Shown here piece by piece: positions 40,719-50,490 of a stretch of 64,000 nucleotides of DNA. The notes beneath the pieces were generated by a model. It worked only from the letters and a program-made list of their open reading frames with translations, was not told the DNA's origin and did no database searches. Origin of the DNA: Defluviicoccus sp. (GTDB lineage: Bacteria; Pseudomonadota; Alphaproteobacteria; MPNO01); assembly GCA_028820505.1 (NCBI GenBank), contig JAPPIT010000058.1, positions 2,287-66,286 of the forward strand, given 5' to 3'. Each line of letters starts with the position of its first letter. Positions within the stretch are counted from its first letter, which is position 1. A program made the position numbers and the translations under genes.

Positions 40719-41552
40719 ATGGAACGACCCGCATTCACCAAGATGCACGGGCTCGGCAACGACTTCGTGATCCTCGACGCCAGGCGGAGGGGGGTCGCGC
40801 TCGGCGCCGAGCGGGTTCGCGCGATCGCGCACCGGCGAACCGGCATCGGCTGCGACCAGCTGATCGTCCTCCGCGAGCCGGCGGACAGCGCAGCCGATGC
40901 GGCGTTCACCATCCACAACGCCGACGGCGGGGAAGTCGAGGCCTGCGGCAACGCGGCCCGCTGCGTCGCCTGGATGGCGATGGAGGAGTCCGGGCGCGAC
41001 ACCGCCCTTCTGGAAACCCCGGCGGGGAGGCTGACCGCCCGCCGCGCCGGCCCTCTTGCGGTGACGGTCGACATGGGCGAGCCGCGCTTCGGCTGGCGCG
41101 ACATCCCGCTCGCTTCGGCAGAGGACACGCTGCATCTGCCGCTCTCACGCGAGCCGCTCGCGGATCCGGCGGCGGTCAGCATGGGCAACCCGCACGCCGT
41201 CTTCTTCGTCGACCACGCCGATTCGGTCGATCTCGCCGCGCTGGGTCCGTCGCTGGAACACGATCCGCTGTTCCCGCAGCGCGCCAATATCGGCGTTGCG
41301 GAGCTTCGCGGGGAAGAGCGGATACGCCTCAGGGTGTGGGAGCGCGGCGCTGGGCTGACCATGGCCTGCGGCACCGGGGCCTGCGCGGCGCTGGTCGCGG
41401 CGCACCGGCGCGGGCTCGCCGGACGCGGCGCGACGATGGAACTCGACGGCGGGCCGCTCCAGATCGCGTGGGGCGAGGACAACCGCGTCACCATGACCGG
41501 CCCGGTCGCGGTCAGCTTTCGCGGCAAGATGGATGGGGCGCTGCTCGGATGA
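40719..41552 (+). CDS. dapF: diaminopimelate epimerase
   Basis: MHGLGNDFVILD start, and both catalytic Cys regions (EACGNAARC and MACGTGACA). Confidence 0.9.
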   Translation: MERPAFTKMHGLGNDFVILDARRRGVALGAERVRAIAHRRTGIGCDQLIVLREPADSAADAAFTIHNADGGEVEACGNAARCVAWMAMEESGRDTALLETPAGRLTARRAGPLAVTVDMGEPRFGWRDIPLASAEDTLHLPLSREPLADPAAVSMGNPHAVFFVDHADSVDLAALGPSLEHDPLFPQRANIGVAELRGEERIRLRVWERGAGLTMACGTGACAALVAAHRRGLAGRGATMELDGGPLQIAWGEDNRVTMTGPVAVSFRGKMDGALLG

Positions 41553-42793
41553 GCGCGCCGGAGGTCATAACTTTCGGCTGCCGGCTGAACACGGTCGAGT
41601 CGGAGATCGTCCGCCGGCGCGCGGCGGAAGCGGGGCTGACGGACGCGGTGATCGTAAACACCTGCGCCGTGACGGCCGAAGCGGAGCGTCAGGCACGCCA
41701 GGCGATCCGGCGGGCGCGGCGGGAGTTCCCGCTGAAGCGCATCGTGGTCACCGGATGCGCGGCCCAGCTCGACCCCGGCCGCTACGCCGCCATGCCCGAG
41801 GTCGACGGGGTGATCGGCAACCGGGAGAAGCTTTCGGCGCGGAGCTATCGGGGCGGCGCTCCCGGCCGGCAGGTGGGAGACATCATGGCGGCGCGCGAGG
41901 GCGCGTCCCACCTGATCGAGGGGATCGAGGGCCGCGCCCGCGCCTTCGTCCAGATCCAGCAGGGCTGCGACCATCGCTGCACGTTCTGCATCATCCCCTT
42001 CGCGCGCGGCCCCAACCGTTCGACAGCGCCCGGCAAGGTGATCGCGCAGATCCGCCGCCTGACCGGCAACGGGTACCGGGAGGTCGTGCTGACCGGGGTC
42101 GACATCACCGACTATGGCAGGGACATCGGAGACGAGACCGGGCTCGGGGCGCTGGTGGAGCGCATCCTCGCCGAGGTGCCGGAACTGCCGCGGCTGCGCC
42201 TCTCCTCGCTCGACCCGTCGGAGATCGACGACGATTTGCTGCGCGCCATCGCCGAACGCGACCGGCTGATGCCGCATTTCCACCTGAGCGTCCAGGCGGG
42301 CTCGGACCTGATCCTGAAGCGCATGCGCCGGCGTCACAGCCGCGCGGAAGTGATCCGGTTTTGCGAGCGGGTGCGCGCGCTCCGGCCGGATGCGGTCTTC
42401 GGCGCCGACCTGATCGCTGGCTTCCCCACCGAGTCCGACGCCATGTTCGGCGAGACCGAGTCCCTCGTCGACGAAGCCAGGCTGACTTGGCTCCACGTGT
42501 TCCCCTATTCGGAGCGGCCCGGCACGCCGGCGGCGCGGATGCCGCAGGTCCCCCGCCCGATCCGCAAGGCGCGCGCGGCGGCGCTGCGCCGCCTGGGAGA
42601 GGATCGTGCGACCCGCCATCTGGAAGCGCGGCGGGGCCGGCGCGAGCGCGTCCTCGTGGAGACGCCGGGCGGCGGCCGCACCGAGCAGTTCGCCCGGATC
42701 GCGTTCGACCGGGACGCGATACCGGGCGGGATCGTCGCCGCGCGGGTGACGGGGCACGAGAACGGCGTGCTCCAGGGCGTTCTGGCAGGATGA
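41549..42793 (+). CDS. mtaB: tRNA (t6A37) methylthiotransferase, MiaB-like radical SAM
   Basis: ATGA overlap with dapF. Carries the MTTase N-terminal Cys triad (C..NTC..TGC), the radical SAM CxxxCxxC (CDHRCTFC) and a TRAM-like C-terminus. Confidence 0.85.
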   Translation: MSAPEVITFGCRLNTVESEIVRRRAAEAGLTDAVIVNTCAVTAEAERQARQAIRRARREFPLKRIVVTGCAAQLDPGRYAAMPEVDGVIGNREKLSARSYRGGAPGRQVGDIMAAREGASHLIEGIEGRARAFVQIQQGCDHRCTFCIIPFARGPNRSTAPGKVIAQIRRLTGNGYREVVLTGVDITDYGRDIGDETGLGALVERILAEVPELPRLRLSSLDPSEIDDDLLRAIAERDRLMPHFHLSVQAGSDLILKRMRRRHSRAEVIRFCERVRALRPDAVFGADLIAGFPTESDAMFGETESLVDEARLTWLHVFPYSERPGTPAARMPQVPRPIRKARAAALRRLGEDRATRHLEARRGRRERVLVETPGGGRTEQFARIAFDRDAIPGGIVAARVTGHENGVLQGVLAG

Positions 42794-43716
42794 GCGAAGG
42801 GGGCTGGCTCGGACGGCTGAGCGCGGGGCTCTCACGCAGCTCTGCACGGCTGACGGGCGGGATCGGCGGTATCTTTGCCGGCCGGCGGCTGGACGAAGCG
42901 ACGCTGGGCGAGCTCGAAGATCTGCTGATAAGCGCCGATCTGGGCGTAGAGACCGCGGCGAAGCTGACCGGGGCGCTCGCGCGCCAGCGCGTCGAAAAGG
43001 GGCTGGACGGCGAAGAGGTGCGCGCGCTGCTGGCCGCCGACATCGCGCGTATCCTGGAACCGGTCGCCGTGCCGCTCGCGGTGGATCCCGCCCACGGACC
43101 GCATGTGGTGCTGCTCGTCGGCGTCAACGGGACGGGCAAGACGACCACCGTCGGCAAGCTAGCGAAACGGCTCCGGGACGAGGGAAACCGGGTGATGATG
43201 GCCGCGGGCGATACCTTCCGGGCGGCGGGCGTCAGCCAGCTAGAGCTCTGGGGCGAGCGGGTGGGATGCCCGGTGGTCTCGCGCCCGACCGGGGCGGACG
43301 CGGCAGGGCTCGCGTTCGACGCGCTGGAGCGGGCCAGGGAGGACGGTGCGGACGTGCTCCTCGTGGATACTGCGGGCCGGCTGCAGAACCGCGGCGACCT
43401 GATGGCGGAGCTCCAGAAGATCATCCGGGTGATGAGGAAAATCGACCCCTCGGCGCCGCACAGCTGTCTCCTGGTGCTCGACGCGACGACCGGCCAGAAC
43501 ACCCACGCCCAGGTCGGCGTGTTCCAGGAGATGACCGAGGTCACGGGACTGATCGTCACCAAGCTCGACGGCACGGCGAAGGGCGGCGTGCTGGTAGCCC
43601 TCGCCGAGCGTTTCGGCCTCCCCGTGCACGCCATCGGCGTCGGCGAATCCGAGGACGACCTCCAGTCTTTCGAGGCGGAGGCGTTCGCCGACCGGCTGAT
43701 GGGGTTGGTCGACTAG
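42790..43716 (+). CDS. ftsY: signal recognition particle receptor
   Basis: ATGA overlap with mtaB. NG domain with GVNGTGKTTT, DTAGR and TKLDG motifs. The acidic A domain is short. Confidence 0.9.
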   Translation: MSEGGWLGRLSAGLSRSSARLTGGIGGIFAGRRLDEATLGELEDLLISADLGVETAAKLTGALARQRVEKGLDGEEVRALLAADIARILEPVAVPLAVDPAHGPHVVLLVGVNGTGKTTTVGKLAKRLRDEGNRVMMAAGDTFRAAGVSQLELWGERVGCPVVSRPTGADAAGLAFDALERAREDGADVLLVDTAGRLQNRGDLMAELQKIIRVMRKIDPSAPHSCLLVLDATTGQNTHAQVGVFQEMTEVTGLIVTKLDGTAKGGVLVALAERFGLPVHAIGVGESEDDLQSFEAEAFADRLMGLVD

Positions 43717-44256
43717 CTACTCCAGGTCGCCTACCTCGCCCGGCGGGTTGGCGCGCGGCGCTTCGAGCGGCCGGCCGGCGCTCTCCCGGTAGTGCCCGAG
43801 CGCCCACTTCACCGAGGGAAAGGCGATTTCGCGCCACGGAATGTCGTCCCAGTCGAACAGCCCGACCTCCTGGCTCTCCTCGCCCGCCGCGACATCCGGC
43901 GATTCGAGACGGGCGCGGTAGATCAGCTGCACCTGGCTGATGCGCGGGATGTTGTAGACCGCGAGCAGCCCGTCGATGGCGATCCGCGCCCGCGCTTCCT
44001 CCCATGCCTCGCGCGCCGCCCCGGCTTCGCTGGTCTCGTTGAGCTCCAGATAGCCCGCCGGCAGCGTCCATAGCCCGACCCGGGGCGGGATCGCCCGCCG
44101 GCAGAGCAGGATCCTGCCGTCCCAGACCGCCACGGAGCCGACCACGACCTTGGGGTTGTCGTAGGAGATGAAGCCGCAATCGGGGCAGACCAGCCGCTCG
44201 CGGCTGTCGCCGTCGGGGATCGAACGCACCGAGGGGCCGGCGGGCTTGCTCGCCAT
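43717..44256 (-). CDS. NUDIX hydrolase with N-terminal zinc ribbon
   Basis: CPDCGF zinc ribbon, and the Nudix box GYLELNETSEAGAAREAWEEA. Confidence 0.75.
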   Translation of the reverse strand: MASKPAGPSVRSIPDGDSRERLVCPDCGFISYDNPKVVVGSVAVWDGRILLCRRAIPPRVGLWTLPAGYLELNETSEAGAAREAWEEARARIAIDGLLAVYNIPRISQVQLIYRARLESPDVAAGEESQEVGLFDWDDIPWREIAFPSVKWALGHYRESAGRPLEAPRANPPGEVGDLE

Positions 44257-44306
44257 CGTGCGAATCTGCCGGGCGGCAGCATTGGGCGCAAGCTGGCGGG
44301 GAGGCG

Positions 44307-45635
44307 TCAGGAGCCGCGCAGGGCTTGGAGCCGCGCGGCCGGAATCCCGCCGGCCCAGCCCGACCGGGCCCTTCGGTCGAGCTGCTTGGCGATCCACGCA
44401 TCCTGCCACGCGCCGGCGGGGGCGACGACGTCGATGCTGACGAGGTGGTCGTAGCGGGCCGCGCATCCGTCCACCGGCAGGGGGGTCCCGCCGTCGAGCG
44501 CCTCCGTCAGCATTTTTCGCGCGGCTATGATCGCCATGTCGGTGTAGGCGAGGTTCTCCAGGCTGCGGTCCTGGATCGGCCCCTGCCCTTCCAGGATCAT
44601 CGTGTCGTGAATATTGAAGTCGTAGCCGACGCCGGCATAGGTGCCGGTCAGTTGTTCGCCGGCGGAGAAGCCGTAGCGGTTTTCCATGTTGCGCCGGGGC
44701 GCGTAGCCCGGCACCTCGTAGGTCTTGAGCTTCTCCGCCCGCAACGCCTCGCCGTCGATGGGCTGGCGGTAGTCGTAGAAGATGTCGTAGCGCCAGTTGC
44801 TGAAATCGTCGATCGGCACGTGGATCTGCACCAGCGTCCAGTCGCCGATCGCCACCACGGCGGTGTGCGGGAACAGGTAGTTGGTCACCCGCGCATAGGT
44901 GAAGTCGCGCCAGTCGCGGAGCGCGAAGATCCTGATCCCGAAGTCGGTGCGCGCGATCTCGAGTCGCGGGTTGGGCACCTCGCGCAGGATGGTGGTGACG
45001 GCAACGTCGGAATCGTCAGCGGCGGCCAGGAACTGCTTGAAGCCGTAGGTTCCGTCTCCTTCGGCATCGTCGTCGAGATAGCGGTGCAGGTAGGAGAGAT
45101 GCGCGGGATCGATCTCGCCCTCGACCGCCTGCAGCCAGTTGGCCCGCTGTAAGGCCTTGAACACGAAGCAGTGGCTCGCCGGTGCGTCGTACCAGTCGAA
45201 GCCCGGCAGCGGCGGCGCCGCGCCGTCGCCCATATAGCCGTAGACGATGCCGTTGCGCTCGACGCAGGGATAGGCGGGCTGGCGGACGCGCTCGTGATAG
45301 GTCGAACCGGCCGGCTCGGCGGGCTGTTCCAGACAACGCCCGTCATAGGCGTAGAGCCAGCCGTGATAGGGGCAGCGCAGCCCGCCGTCCTCGCAGCGCC
45401 CGAAAGCGAGGTCGCCGGCGCGATGGGCGCAGCGCCGGGCGAGCGCCCCGTAACGGCCCCTGTCGTCGCGGAAGACGACCAGATCCTCGCCGAGGACGCG
45501 GATTTCCCTGACCGGGCGGTCGTCGGGAAATTCCTCGACCAGCGCGAAGGGCTGCCAGTAGCGACGCATGATCGCGCCCATCGGCGTACCGGGGCCGGTA
45601 TGTGTCAGGCTTTCGTTCTGTTCCACGCTCAACAT
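44307..45635 (-). CDS. Rieske (2Fe-2S) oxygenase alpha subunit, phthalate-family type
   Basis: CAHRAGDL...CPYHGW Rieske motif. Single-subunit style with no beta subunit nearby. A downstream MarR regulator is encoded immediately upstream on the same strand. The true start may be MGAIMRRYW at 45581. Confidence 0.75.
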   Translation of the reverse strand: MLSVEQNESLTHTGPGTPMGAIMRRYWQPFALVEEFPDDRPVREIRVLGEDLVVFRDDRGRYGALARRCAHRAGDLAFGRCEDGGLRCPYHGWLYAYDGRCLEQPAEPAGSTYHERVRQPAYPCVERNGIVYGYMGDGAAPPLPGFDWYDAPASHCFVFKALQRANWLQAVEGEIDPAHLSYLHRYLDDDAEGDGTYGFKQFLAAADDSDVAVTTILREVPNPRLEIARTDFGIRIFALRDWRDFTYARVTNYLFPHTAVVAIGDWTLVQIHVPIDDFSNWRYDIFYDYRQPIDGEALRAEKLKTYEVPGYAPRRNMENRYGFSAGEQLTGTYAGVGYDFNIHDTMILEGQGPIQDRSLENLAYTDMAIIAARKMLTEALDGGTPLPVDGCAARYDHLVSIDVVAPAGAWQDAWIAKQLDRRARSGWAGGIPAARLQALRGS

Positions 45636-45680
45636 GGCGCGATGCTAACCCGCGCCCGCTTCCGGTCAAACGGGGAAGGG

Positions 45681-46175
45681 TCAGTCGCCGACCAGCCGTT
45701 CCAGGACCCGTTCGCGCTCTTCCTCGTCGATGATGCCGAGCAGGACCTTGCGATAGCCCTCGACCGCTCCGGCGCCGGCCTCGCGATAGGCGCGCGCGAT
45801 GCGGCTGCGCTGGTTCTCCGACAACCGGCGTTCGAGCTCCTGCCCCTTTTCGGTGAGCTCGAGCATGCGCTGGCGCCGGTCGCGCGTCCCGGTGCGCGAG
45901 AACACGTACCCCTCCGCCACGAGCTGGCTGAGCACCCGCGACACGCTCTGCTTGGTCACCTTCAGGATGTCGAGCAGTTGCGAGACGGTGATGCCGGGGT
46001 TGCGCCCGATGAAATAGACCACCCGGTGATGGGCGCGCCCGAAACCGAGCTCGGTCAGGATCGCGTCGGGCTGGCCGGTAAAATCGCGGTAGGCGTAGAA
46101 CAGCAGCTCGATCCCCTGGCGAAGATCCTCCTCGCGCAGGAACAGCGGGTTGAAGCCGGATTTTAAGTCAGCCAT
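45681..46175 (-). CDS. MarR family transcriptional regulator
   Basis: Winged-HTH ITVSQLLDILKVTKQSVSRVLSQLVAEGYV...DRRQRMLELTEKG. Confidence 0.75.
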   Translation of the reverse strand: MADLKSGFNPLFLREEDLRQGIELLFYAYRDFTGQPDAILTELGFGRAHHRVVYFIGRNPGITVSQLLDILKVTKQSVSRVLSQLVAEGYVFSRTGTRDRRQRMLELTEKGQELERRLSENQRSRIARAYREAGAGAVEGYRKVLLGIIDEEERERVLERLVGD

Positions 46176-46286
46176 GTTGACATATATGCAGCCCGCTGAT
46201 ACGCCCGGCAAGCAAAACAGGCATGGAAATCGGCTCGAATGCGGCGCGGAACCCGGCGGCGGGCGGGCGTCGGGCGGCGGTGGGAA

Positions 46287-47156
46287 ATGATCAATTTCGA
46301 CGACCAGGACGGTCAAATCTGGTTCAACGGCGCGCTCCGCGAGTGGCGCGACTGCAAGCTTCACGTCCTGAGCCACGGGCTGCATTACGCGAGCTGCGTG
46401 TTCGAAGGCGAGCGCGTGTACGCCGGCAAGGTGTTCAAGCTGCGCGAGCACACCCAGCGCCTGATCGATTCCGCCGCGGCGCTCGGTTTCGAACTGCCCT
46501 ATGCGCTGGAAGAGCTGGAGCGGGCCACGGACGAGACCGTGGCGGCCCAGGGTTATGCCGACGCCTATGTCCGCCCCGTCGCCTGGCGCGGCAGCGAGAT
46601 GATGGGCGTCTCGGCGCAGGAAACGAAAATCAACGTTGCCATTGCGGTCTGGGAATGGCCGTCCTATTTCTCGCCCGAGGCGCGGCTCAAGGGGATTCGC
46701 CTCAAGCGGGCGCCGTGGCGCCGGCCGTCACCCGAGACCGCCCCGGTCCATTCGAAGGCGGCGGGGCTCTACATGATCTGCACGCTGTCGAAGCACGAGG
46801 CCGAGGCGGACGGATTCGACGACGCGCTGATGCTCGACTGGCGGGGCCGGGTCGCCGAGACTACCGGCGCCAACATCTTCCTCGTCCAGAACGGGACCCT
46901 GCACACGCCGACGCCGGACTGCTTCCTGGACGGGATCACGCGGCGCACGGTGATGGGGCTCGCGAAAGACCGCGGGATCGAGACGGTCGAGCGCGCGATC
47001 ATGCCGGACGAGATCGGCAGGGCGGACGAAATCTTCGTCACGGGCACCGCCGCCGAGGTCACCCCGGTCGGCCAGATCGACGACCTCCACCTGCAGGTGG
47101 GACCGGTCACGCGCACGCTGATGGACGCCTACGACGCCGAGGTGGGGAAGACGTAG
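46287..47156 (+). CDS. ilvE: branched-chain amino acid aminotransferase
   Basis: MINFDDQDGQIWFNG start, fold-type IV PLP motifs, and the ETTGANIFLV region. Confidence 0.85.
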   Translation: MINFDDQDGQIWFNGALREWRDCKLHVLSHGLHYASCVFEGERVYAGKVFKLREHTQRLIDSAAALGFELPYALEELERATDETVAAQGYADAYVRPVAWRGSEMMGVSAQETKINVAIAVWEWPSYFSPEARLKGIRLKRAPWRRPSPETAPVHSKAAGLYMICTLSKHEAEADGFDDALMLDWRGRVAETTGANIFLVQNGTLHTPTPDCFLDGITRRTVMGLAKDRGIETVERAIMPDEIGRADEIFVTGTAAEVTPVGQIDDLHLQVGPVTRTLMDAYDAEVGKT

Positions 47157-47168
47157 GGGCCGGCCGGC

Positions 47169-47975
47169 CTACCCCCGCTCCGCGACGACCAGCATGCCCA
47201 CGAGTCGGCCTTCCTCGCCGGAACGGATGCTGTTGAGCAGCCGTTCCCGCAGGCCGCCGCCGAGCGCGATGCCGGCGCCGAGTCCGGGACGAGGACGCTG
47301 GCCGCGCTTGCCGCCGACCGCGCCTTCGCCCCGGTTTTCGATCACCCGGAACCCGGCCGCCGCGAGCCCGTCGATCAACTCGTCCGGCGTGCCGGGGAAG
47401 CTGTAGGACGCGTCCTGCGCCCAGGGAAGCGGGTAATGGGGTTCGCCGGCCGGGCCCCGGGCCGCGTGGCTGATCGCGTAGCGACCTCCAGGGACGAGGA
47501 CGCGATGGGCCTCGGCGAACATGCGCGCCTTGTCGGCGACGTTCATCGAGACGTTCTGGCACCAGACGAGGTCGAAGCTGCCGTCGGCATAGGGGAGATC
47601 GGTGACGCTGCCCTGCCGCGTGGAGATCGAACCGTCGAGCCCGCAAAGCGCGTTCATCCGCTCCGCCGCCGCGACGTACTCCGCGGTGATGTCGAGCGCC
47701 GCCACCGCGCAGCCGTAATTGTGCGCGAGGTAGCGCGACGAGCCGCCGATGCCGCACCCGGCGTCGAGCACGCGCATCCCTTCGGTCACGCGAGCGAGTT
47801 CGGCCAGCACCTCGGTCTGCGGCAGCCCGCCGCCGTGCAGCTGGTCGACGAGCTGGAACATCTCGACCGTCGGGTTGCCGATGTCCTGGCCGTCCGCTTC
47901 CAGCGCGGCGAGGATACGCTCGACCAGATATTCGGAACCGTAGAGCGCCTGGATCGCTGCGGTCGGCTCAGCCAT
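47169..47975 (-). CDS. class I SAM-dependent methyltransferase
   Basis: Motif I VLDAGCGIGGSSRYLA, and motif post-I/II. The methyltransferase start lies 8 nt inside the 3' end of moaE. Confidence 0.75.
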   Translation of the reverse strand: MAEPTAAIQALYGSEYLVERILAALEADGQDIGNPTVEMFQLVDQLHGGGLPQTEVLAELARVTEGMRVLDAGCGIGGSSRYLAHNYGCAVAALDITAEYVAAAERMNALCGLDGSISTRQGSVTDLPYADGSFDLVWCQNVSMNVADKARMFAEAHRVLVPGGRYAISHAARGPAGEPHYPLPWAQDASYSFPGTPDELIDGLAAAGFRVIENRGEGAVGGKRGQRPRPGLGAGIALGGGLRERLLNSIRSGEEGRLVGMLVVAERG

Positions 47976-48441
47976 GGCCGCGCTCGACCTCGGGCGCGGT
48001 CCATCTTTCCTCGGCCGCCGTATCCTGGGGATCGGCGTCGACCCAGCGGTCTCCTTCGGGCGTCTCCTCCAGCTTCCAGAACGGCGCCTTGGTCTTGAGC
48101 CAGTCGATCAGGAAGCTGCACGCATCGATCGCGGCTTTGCGGTGCGCCGAGGCGGTGGCGACCAGGACGATGCGGTCGCCGGGCTCCAGCCGGCCGTAGC
48201 GGTGAACGATGAGCACCGCGTCGAGAGGCCAGCGCTCGCGCGCCTCGGCCTCGATCTTGCCGAGCTGGCGCTCGGTCATGCCGGGATAGTGCTCGAGCGT
48301 CATCGCGCTCACCGACTCGCCGCCGGAGAAATCGCGCACCAGGCCGACGAAACAGCTTATGGCGCCGGACCCGTGCGCCTCGGCGGAGAGGCGTTCGAGC
48401 TCGGCGCCGACGTCGAAGTCGCCTTCCTGGACCCGGATCAC
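47968..48441 (-). CDS. moaE: molybdopterin synthase catalytic subunit
   Basis: 157 aa from a GTG start. HYPGMTE...IVHRYGRLEPGD...FWKLE motifs. Confidence 0.8.
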   Translation of the reverse strand: MIRVQEGDFDVGAELERLSAEAHGSGAISCFVGLVRDFSGGESVSAMTLEHYPGMTERQLGKIEAEARERWPLDAVLIVHRYGRLEPGDRIVLVATASAHRKAAIDACSFLIDWLKTKAPFWKLEETPEGDRWVDADPQDTAAEERWTAPEVERGHG

Positions 48442-48443
48442 CC

Positions 48444-48695
48444 TCAGCCCCCCGTCATCGGGGGGAACAGCGCCACCTCGTCGCCGGCGCCCACCGGGGC
48501 GTCGAACTCGCACAGCTCCTGGTTCACCGCGACCCGCAGCGTGTCGCGATTCCTCAGCGCCTCGGCGTAGGCGTCGCTCCTGCCGCTCAGCCAGTCGATC
48601 AGCCCGTCGACATCCCTGACCTCGTCGGGGGGCGCCACGGTCTCGGCCGGCACGCCGATGCGCTGGCGCACCCACCCGAAATAGAGCATCTGCAT
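48444..48695 (-). CDS. moaD: molybdopterin synthase sulfur carrier subunit
   Basis: 83 aa ending in GG. MQMLYFGWVRQ start. The ATG overlaps the moeA stop by 1 nt. Confidence 0.8.
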   Translation of the reverse strand: MQMLYFGWVRQRIGVPAETVAPPDEVRDVDGLIDWLSGRSDAYAEALRNRDTLRVAVNQELCEFDAPVGAGDEVALFPPMTGG

Positions 48696-49954
48696 CAACT
48701 CACCTCGCTGAAGGGCAGGAATTCGACCATCGCCCCCTCCTCGACCGCGGCCAGATCCTCGGGCAGTTCGAGGAGCCCGTCGGAGCCCACCATCGAGGAC
48801 AGGATACCGGCGCCGTCGCGCGGAAACTTGGTGACATAGGGCATCCCGGCCTCGTCGGTGTGAAGGCTCACGCGCAGCCACTCCCGGCGCGAGACCTTCT
48901 TGCGGTAGGCGAAGCCGGCGCGGACGGGAAACGTCCTCGGGGCGGCATCCGCGTCCGCCGCGCCGGCGAGCCGGAGGATCGCGGGGCGCGCGAAGCGCAT
49001 GAAGGTCACCATCACGGCGACCGGATTGCCGGGAAGCCCGATGAACGGCACGCGGCCGACCTGACCGAGCGCAAGCGGTCGGCCGGGGCGGATCGCGAGG
49101 CGCCAGAAATGGATCGCGCCCAGCGCCTCGACCGCCGCGCGGACATGGTCCTCCTCACCCGTCGAGACCCCGCCCGAGGTCATGATCAGGTCGTGGGAGG
49201 CGGCGGCATCGTCGAGCGCCGCGCGCACCGCCTCGACGCTGTCCTGGAGGATGCCGAGATCGTCGACCTCGCAGCCCAGCCCGTCGAGCAGGCTCGCCAG
49301 CGCGTAGCGGTTGGCGTCGTAGACGCAGCCGGGCGGCAGCTCGTCGGTGACCTCGCGGATCTCGTCGCCGGTCGAGAACAGCGCGACACGGAGAGGGGTA
49401 TGGACATCGAGCTCCGCGCGGCCGATGGAGGCGGCGAGCCCGACATCCTGGGCCCGCAGCCGCCGGCCCTTCTCCAGCACCACCGAACCGGCCTCGATGT
49501 CTTCTCCGGCATGGCGGCGGTTGGCGCCGCGCTTGATCCCGGGAGGGATGACCACGCTGCCGCCCTCCCGGACGCAGTCCTCCTGCATCAGCACCGTGTC
49601 GGGTCCGGGCGGCATGGGCGCGCCGGTGAAGATGCGAACCGCCTCGCCGCGCGGCACCGGATGCTCCACGCTTTGACCGGCGGCGATCCGCGCACCCACG
49701 GGTAGCCGGGTCTCGCCCTCGGCATCGAGGTCGTCGAAATAAACGGCATAGCCGTCGACCGCCGCGTTGTCGTGCGGCGGAACCGGGAAAGACGCCGCCA
49801 GATCGGCAGCGAGGATCCTCCCGCGCGCCCTCCTCAGCGGAACCGTCTCGCGGCCGGCGACGACGTCGAGCCGTTCGGAGAGCAGCGCGAGCGCCTCTCC
49901 GGCGGTCATCAGCGTGCCGCCGAAGGCGAAACAGTCGTCGGAGAGCTGGGCCAT
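48695..49954 (-). CDS. moeA: molybdopterin molybdotransferase
   Basis: 419 aa. MoeA N-terminal and MoCF-biosynthesis domain motifs (TSGGVSTGEEDH, GLPGNPVA). Confidence 0.85.
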   Translation of the reverse strand: MAQLSDDCFAFGGTLMTAGEALALLSERLDVVAGRETVPLRRARGRILAADLAASFPVPPHDNAAVDGYAVYFDDLDAEGETRLPVGARIAAGQSVEHPVPRGEAVRIFTGAPMPPGPDTVLMQEDCVREGGSVVIPPGIKRGANRRHAGEDIEAGSVVLEKGRRLRAQDVGLAASIGRAELDVHTPLRVALFSTGDEIREVTDELPPGCVYDANRYALASLLDGLGCEVDDLGILQDSVEAVRAALDDAAASHDLIMTSGGVSTGEEDHVRAAVEALGAIHFWRLAIRPGRPLALGQVGRVPFIGLPGNPVAVMVTFMRFARPAILRLAGAADADAAPRTFPVRAGFAYRKKVSRREWLRVSLHTDEAGMPYVTKFPRDGAGILSSMVGSDGLLELPEDLAAVEEGAMVEFLPFSEVS

Positions 49955-49956
49955 CG

Positions 49957-50484
49957 TCAGGCCGCTCCCCTGGCCGCCGGGCGGAGTCTGCAATGGGCGA
50001 CGATGAAGTCGGCGATCGCGGCGGCGTCGTTGAGGTCGAGCACCGGGATTTCGGCATCCGCCGCCTCCCCGTCGGTGGCGAGAGCGATCACATCGGGATC
50101 CCGCGGGTAGAGAGCCGGCTTTCCGACCGCGGGGCGATGGACCTCGAGCTTGTCGTGCGGCTCGCTCTTGAAACCCTCGATAAGGACCAGGTCGACCGGC
50201 GCCATGCGCTCCAGCAGCCCGTCGATCCGGGGCTCGGGCTCGTCGCGGTTCTCGTGGATCAGGGCGAAACGGTTGACCGACGAGACCACCACCTCCCGCG
50301 CGCCGGCCTCGCGGTGTACGTGCGAATCCTTGCCCGGCGTGTCGATGTCGAACCCGGCATGGGCGTGCTTGATGGTGGAGACCGAAACGCCCCGCCCGAC
50401 CAGCTCGTGCAGCAGACGCTTGACCAGCGACGTCTTGCCGCTCCCGCTCCAGCCGACGATCCCGAGCACCGCCCCGTGCGACAT
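49957..50484 (-). CDS. mobB: molybdopterin-guanine dinucleotide biosynthesis adaptor protein
   Basis: Walker A GWSGSGKTSL. Its stop lies 3 nt before the moeA start. Confidence 0.8.
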   Translation of the reverse strand: MSHGAVLGIVGWSGSGKTSLVKRLLHELVGRGVSVSTIKHAHAGFDIDTPGKDSHVHREAGAREVVVSSVNRFALIHENRDEPEPRIDGLLERMAPVDLVLIEGFKSEPHDKLEVHRPAVGKPALYPRDPDVIALATDGEAADAEIPVLDLNDAAAIADFIVAHCRLRPAARGAA

Positions 50485-50490
50485 CCTTTC

